NCBI GenBank assembly: GCA_963744145.1
Contig: CAVUSO010000001.1
Span: forward strand, 1,440,001 to 1,504,000
Direction: 5' to 3'
DNA: 64,000 bases
Origin: an uncultured cyanobacterium
GTDB taxonomy: Bacteria; Cyanobacteriota; Cyanobacteriia; Cyanobacteriales; CAWUOF01
The first letter of the stretch is position 1; every line of letters starts with the position of its first letter. Positions 59,463 to 64,000 of the stretch are shown in pieces. The position numbers and the translations under genes are program-made. The notes under the pieces are model-generated. The model did not search any database, had not been told where the DNA came from, and saw only the letters and a list, made by a program, of their open reading frames with translations.

Positions 59463-62054
59463 ATGCCTCAGACTTTATATAAGAAAATATTATCATTACT
59501 CATATTAAGCACTCTGATTCCAGCTTCGACGATTGGAATGTATGGAATCTTTTCTTCAACTCAAGCAATATATGAAGTAAATATCAATCGGATTAAGAAG
59601 CAGAATAATGACAAAGTCAAAGATATTGAAGCATTTCTCAATAATACTGACCAAGATTTGCGTTTTTTAATGTCAACTCCTGCTTTGGAAGAATTAACTA
59701 GACTAGGTGTATATCAAGCACCTCAGTCACAGTCAAATAATTATCAAGATGTTCTCAGAAGAGCAAATCAGATTGCGAAAGGACTAATGCGCACGACTCC
59801 TGGTTACAAGACTATTCGCTATGTTGATGCTCATGGTCATGAAATGATGCGGGTTGAGCTAGTCGATCATAAATCTTTTGCGATCGCAGATGAAAACCTA
59901 AAAGATCAGAAAAACTCAATTTATTTTCAGGAAGCACGACAGCTAAAACCTGATCAAGTATATATTTCACCTGTGGTTTTTGAACCTAGTTCTGAAGAGA
60001 TTAAAACTCAGCCACCCGTTAAAGTCAACACCAGTGATAGCAATTCTATTCATCCTGTTCTCTACTATGAAATGGCATTTTTTAATCAATCAGGTGCTTT
60101 GACAGGTGCAGCGGTTATTACTTTAGATTTATCAGCGCTCAGAAATCTGCTAGAAAGTTCAAAAATAGACAAAAATTATACCTATTTGATTGATTCATCA
60201 GGTCGTTATCTATTTAATTCTCCTCGCCAGGCTCAAGGTAATATCAAACAAGTTTATCCAGAAAAAATAGTTAATGACATACTTTCAATGCCAGAAAGTG
60301 TAATTAAAGTCAATCAACAGGAAATTATTAGCTCCCAAAATATTGCGAGTAATACTAATCATAAATTAGTGATTTTCCAAGTATCTAGTACCGATATTGT
60401 GCTTGCTCCAATTAATTCTTTTATTTTAGTGGCAATAGCTGTAATTGTTGGTTCATTAGGAATAGTATTAATGGCTGGGATTCCCATATTAAGGAGAATT
60501 GCTAAGTACCAAAATCAGTTGTACGATCAAATTCAAAATGTAGCCGCGATCGCTACAAAAAAAGCGGAGGAATTAGCAGAAACTCTCAAAGTTAATTCTA
60601 CTCTAACTGAACACCTTCAATCCGCCAAAGAAGCTGCGGAAGTTGCCAATCAAGCTAAAAGTGAATTCTTAGCTAATATGAGTCATGAGTTACGCACTCC
60701 TCTCAACGGTATTCTCGGTTATGCCCAAATTCTCCAACGAGCAAAAGAACTAACTCCTAAACATCGCAAAGGGATTGATATTATTGAACAAGCAGGTTCT
60801 CATTTACTGACTTTAATTAACGATATTCTCGATTTGTCAAAAATTGAAGCCGGAAAAATGGAATTATTGCCAAGAGATTTTCACTTAGGTGCATTTTTAA
60901 GTGGGATTGCTGAACTTAATCGTGTTCGGGCTGAAAGTAAAGGAATTAACTTTTATTATCTGCCTGACCCAGAAATGCCCACTGGAGCAATAGCTGATGA
61001 AAAAAGGTTAAGGCAAGTTTTAATTAATTTAGTAGGAAATGCGGTAAAGTTTACCGATCGCGGTCATGTAACTCTAGAAACAAAAGTGCTAGAAAAACAA
61101 CCAAAAGAAGTGATGGTTCGGTTTACGATCACAGATACAGGAGTCGGGATGAAACCAGAACACATTGCTAATATTTTCCTTCCTTTTGAACAGGTGGGTT
61201 CAAATTCTAAACGAACAGAAGGAACAGGACTAGGTCTGACGATTTGTACAAAAATTGTGCAAATGATGGGTAGCAAAATTGAACTGACTAGCAATTATGG
61301 TCAAGGTAGTAAATTTTGGCTTGATCTCAAGTTAGGAATTTCGACGGAATGGATTAGTGCTGCTAGTTATAGTAACAAAGGTACTATTATTGGCTATAGT
61401 GGTGAACCAAAAAAATTATTAGTAGTCGATGATAAAGAAGTAAATCGAGAAGTTTTGGTAGAAGTATTAAGACCTTTAGGATTTGTAATAGAACAAGCAG
61501 AAAACGGTGCAGAAGCATTAGAAAAAACCCGCTCTTTTCAGCCAGATTTAATCATTACTGATATTGCTATGCCCGTGATGGATGGTTATGATTTTACCCG
61601 GGAAGTGCGGAGTTTATATTCAGAAAAAATTCCGATCATTGCTTGTTCGGCTAGTGTTTCCTCTAGTGACAAAGATTTAGCGATCGCTGCTGGATGTAAT
61701 GATTTTATTCCCAAACCAGTGGAAATGGAAATTTTATTCCTAATCTTAGAAAAATATTTGCAAATCCAATGGAATTATGATGTCAATCATTCGACTTCGA
61801 GTAGGACCCAGGAGCAGTCAACCAAGGTGCCAGTTCAAGAGATGGTTTTTCCAACTTCAGCAGAGCTCAATAAGTTATATGAAGCGAGCCGGATTGGTGA
61901 TATTGATATGATCAAAAGTGAAGCTGAAAGATTATCACAAAGTAACCCACAATATCAGCCTTTTACTGATCGAATTATTGAACTTGCTGACCAATTTGAT
62001 GATGTTGGGATTATTCAAATGATTAAGTCGATTATAAATTCAGAAATAACGTAG
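59463..62054 (+). CDS. Hybrid sensor histidine kinase (Cache-like periplasmic domain, HisKA, HATPase, REC)
   Basis: Two TMs; [49 protein letters not shown]. Confidence 0.93.
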   Translation: MPQTLYKKILSLLILSTLIPASTIGMYGIFSSTQAIYEVNINRIKKQNNDKVKDIEAFLNNTDQDLRFLMSTPALEELTRLGVYQAPQSQSNNYQDVLRRANQIAKGLMRTTPGYKTIRYVDAHGHEMMRVELVDHKSFAIADENLKDQKNSIYFQEARQLKPDQVYISPVVFEPSSEEIKTQPPVKVNTSDSNSIHPVLYYEMAFFNQSGALTGAAVITLDLSALRNLLESSKIDKNYTYLIDSSGRYLFNSPRQAQGNIKQVYPEKIVNDILSMPESVIKVNQQEIISSQNIASNTNHKLVIFQVSSTDIVLAPINSFILVAIAVIVGSLGIVLMAGIPILRRIAKYQNQLYDQIQNVAAIATKKAEELAETLKVNSTLTEHLQSAKEAAEVANQAKSEFLANMSHELRTPLNGILGYAQILQRAKELTPKHRKGIDIIEQAGSHLLTLINDILDLSKIEAGKMELLPRDFHLGAFLSGIAELNRVRAESKGINFYYLPDPEMPTGAIADEKRLRQVLINLVGNAVKFTDRGHVTLETKVLEKQPKEVMVRFTITDTGVGMKPEHIANIFLPFEQVGSNSKRTEGTGLGLTICTKIVQMMGSKIELTSNYGQGSKFWLDLKLGISTEWISAASYSNKGTIIGYSGEPKKLLVVDDKEVNREVLVEVLRPLGFVIEQAENGAEALEKTRSFQPDLIITDIAMPVMDGYDFTREVRSLYSEKIPIIACSASVSSSDKDLAIAAGCNDFIPKPVEMEILFLILEKYLQIQWNYDVNHSTSSRTQEQSTKVPVQEMVFPTSAELNKLYEASRIGDIDMIKSEAERLSQSNPQYQPFTDRIIELADQFDDVGIIQMIKSIINSEIT

Positions 62055-62078
62055 GGGCGTATTGCAATACGCCCCTAC
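62051..62078. repeat. Perfect 28-bp GTAG-type REP palindrome overlapping the kinase stop codon
   Basis: GTAGGGGCGTATTGCAATACGCCCCTAC; TAG at 62052-62054 is the stop. Confidence 0.85.
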
Positions 62079-62454
62079 ATCATCAACCGATCGACCCAAA
62101 TGGAAGATCAATAAAAAAGTTCAGGAAACTTTAAACGCAATACTGTCATCTGTATAAATACTTATAATTAATAAAATTATCGATGACTATATAAGTATTT
62201 GTTTATACAAAATATTACTTAAGTAATGTACTGTTTTTACCAAACTAAGATCGTTTGGATAGTTCCTAAAATTCCTTTTGAAACAAAGATATAAAAGCTA
62301 GTATGTTAGACAAATTTAAACTAATCTTAACTATTTAATGGTACTATTTTAGTTAGAATATTAATATTGATTAAAATCGCAAAATTCTAATATTAGTACA
62401 AGTGATTTATCAATTTTTTTTCTAAATAAAACCTTCTTTGTAGAGATGTTTCGA

Positions 62455-62470
62455 TGTAACCTCTATTACA
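62455..62470. promoter_or_regulatory. Consensus NtcA-like box
   Basis: TGTA-ACCTCTAT-TACA, 27 bp upstream of ATG 62498. Confidence 0.45.
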
Positions 62471-62497
62471 TGGTGTTAAAATACCTAAAAAAACTTT

Positions 62498-64000
62498 ATG
62501 TTAAAAAATTTTCATAACAAATTGCTATTATTGTTAGTATTAAGCACTATTATTCCTGCCGCTACAGTTGGAATATATGGGATTATTTCTTCAACCCAAT
62601 CAATATATGAGCTAAATATAAATCGAATTAAAAAACAGAACGATAATAAAATCAAGGATATTGAAGCAGTTCTATTAAATACCGAACAAGATATACATTT
62701 TGTCATCGCGACTCCAGCATTTAGTGATGATCTAACTCAATTAAATACATATCAAGCACTTCAACTACAGACAGATATTTATAAAACTTTTACAGCCAGA
62801 GCAAATAAGCTTGTTAAAGGATTAATGGTAACAACTGAGGCTTATAAAAGCATTAGTTATATTGATACAAATGGTCAAGAAATGCTCTGCGTTGAACGCA
62901 TCAATGAAAGCCCTGAACCCCTACCAGATAACCAGCTTAAAAATTGGAAAAATTCAGCTTATTTCCAAGAAGCTCTGAAGCTGAAACCTAACGAATTATA
63001 TATATCACCGATTATATTGGAAACAAGTAAAACAGGTCAGAAAATTTCTATTAACCCTATAATTTACTATGCAATAGCAGCTTTTAATAGTTCCGGTGTG
63101 CTGAAGGGAATTACTGTTATTACTTTGCAAATATCATCTTTTGAAAAGTTTTTAGAGACAGCCAACCTAGAACAAAATAGTATTTATTTACTTGATTCAT
63201 TAGGCCATTACCTCCTAAACTCTCCTAGCAAAACTCAAGGTGAAATTAAGCAGGTTTATTCAGAAAATATAGTTAATCAAATTCTTAATAATGATGAAAA
63301 TATAATTTTTTCTGGTGAAAAAGAAATAATTAGTTCTAAAAAGATTGTGGTTAATAATAATCCGGTATTCATAATTTTACAATCATTTTCGACCAAGGAT
63401 GTGGTTACTGCTGTGAGTTGGTTTACGTTTGTAGCAGTTGCGGTAATTTGTGGTTCTTTAGGAATAGTTTTAATCATTGGAATTCCCACCTTGGTGAGAA
63501 TTGCACGTAACCAAGATAATTTATATGATCAAATAAAAGCTTCAGCTGCGATCGCGACAGCTAAAGCGGAAGAATTAGCAGAAACCTTAAAAATTAACTC
63601 GGCACTATCAGATAGCTTGAAACTAGCCAAAGAAGCAGCAGAAGTTGCGAACCAAGCTAAAAGTGACTTTCTGGCTAATATGAGCCATGAATTACGCACT
63701 CCTCTGAATGGGATACTTGGTTATACCCAAATCCTCCAAAGAGCTAAAGATTTGGCTCCACAATACCGTAAAGGTATAGATGTTATTGAAAAAGCAGGTA
63801 CTCATTTACTAACTTTAATTAATGATATTCTTGATCTTTCTAAAATAGAAGCTGGCAAAATGGAATTTTTTCCCAAAAATTTCCATCTCGGTTCTTTTTT
63901 GAGTGGGATAGTCGAAATTAATCGTGTAAATGCAGAAAACAAAGGAATCAAATTCTATTACCTTCCTGACCCAGAAATGCCTAGGGGAGTCTACACCGAT
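62498..64000 (+). CDS. Paralogous Cache-like sensor histidine kinase (truncated by window end)
   Basis: Absent from the ORF track. [49 protein letters not shown]...[22 protein letters not shown]...; start and last codon are in the same frame. Confidence 0.9.
   Translation, partial: MLKNFHNKLLLLLVLSTIIPAATVGIYGIISSTQSIYELNINRIKKQNDNKIKDIEAVLLNTEQDIHFVIATPAFSDDLTQLNTYQALQLQTDIYKTFTARANKLVKGLMVTTEAYKSISYIDTNGQEMLCVERINESPEPLPDNQLKNWKNSAYFQEALKLKPNELYISPIILETSKTGQKISINPIIYYAIAAFNSSGVLKGITVITLQISSFEKFLETANLEQNSIYLLDSLGHYLLNSPSKTQGEIKQVYSENIVNQILNNDENIIFSGEKEIISSKKIVVNNNPVFIILQSFSTKDVVTAVSWFTFVAVAVICGSLGIVLIIGIPTLVRIARNQDNLYDQIKASAAIATAKAEELAETLKINSALSDSLKLAKEAAEVANQAKSDFLANMSHELRTPLNGILGYTQILQRAKDLAPQYRKGIDVIEKAGTHLLTLINDILDLSKIEAGKMEFFPKNFHLGSFLSGIVEINRVNAENKGIKFYYLPDPEMPRGVYTD

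Noticed and set aside
62512..63489. Minus-strand ORFs 62512-62706 and 63277-63489
   Set aside because: Antisense to the second histidine kinase.
1..64000. Abundant GCGATCGC octamers
   Set aside because: The well-known cyanobacterial HIP1 sequence; useful for taxonomy, not novel.

Overview
This window is cyanobacterial chromosomal DNA: HIP1 GCGATCGC sites occur throughout, alongside gifA, cyAbrB, rbp and cruA-like genes, GUN4 and pentapeptide-repeat proteins, and GTAG-type REP/MITE repeats. Most of it is housekeeping, metabolic and signalling genes: a MacAB-like exporter pair, tRNA-Arg(CCG), an M16 peptidase pair, amyA, GH57, malQ, menH, mmsA, a two-component/GGDEF cluster and tandem hybrid histidine kinases. 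The accessory signals that stand out are: (1) a minus-strand cluster at 1-5500 encoding a long coiled-coil protein, a zinc-ribbon-tipped dynamin-like GTPase and a SpoVK/CbbX/EccA-type AAA+ ATPase cut by the window edge; (2) an orphan aGPT-Pplase1-like DNA-hypermodification gene next to a DUF1643 gene; (3) an FHA pseudokinase followed by a truncated FHA paralog; (4) an unannotated 49-aa gifA-like tandem paralog; (5) a repeated 11-bp-spaced direct-repeat operator inside the signalling cluster; (6) several pseudogenes and MITEs, one with a perfect 10-bp target-site duplication. Family assignments come from motif recognition only; no database searches were run.
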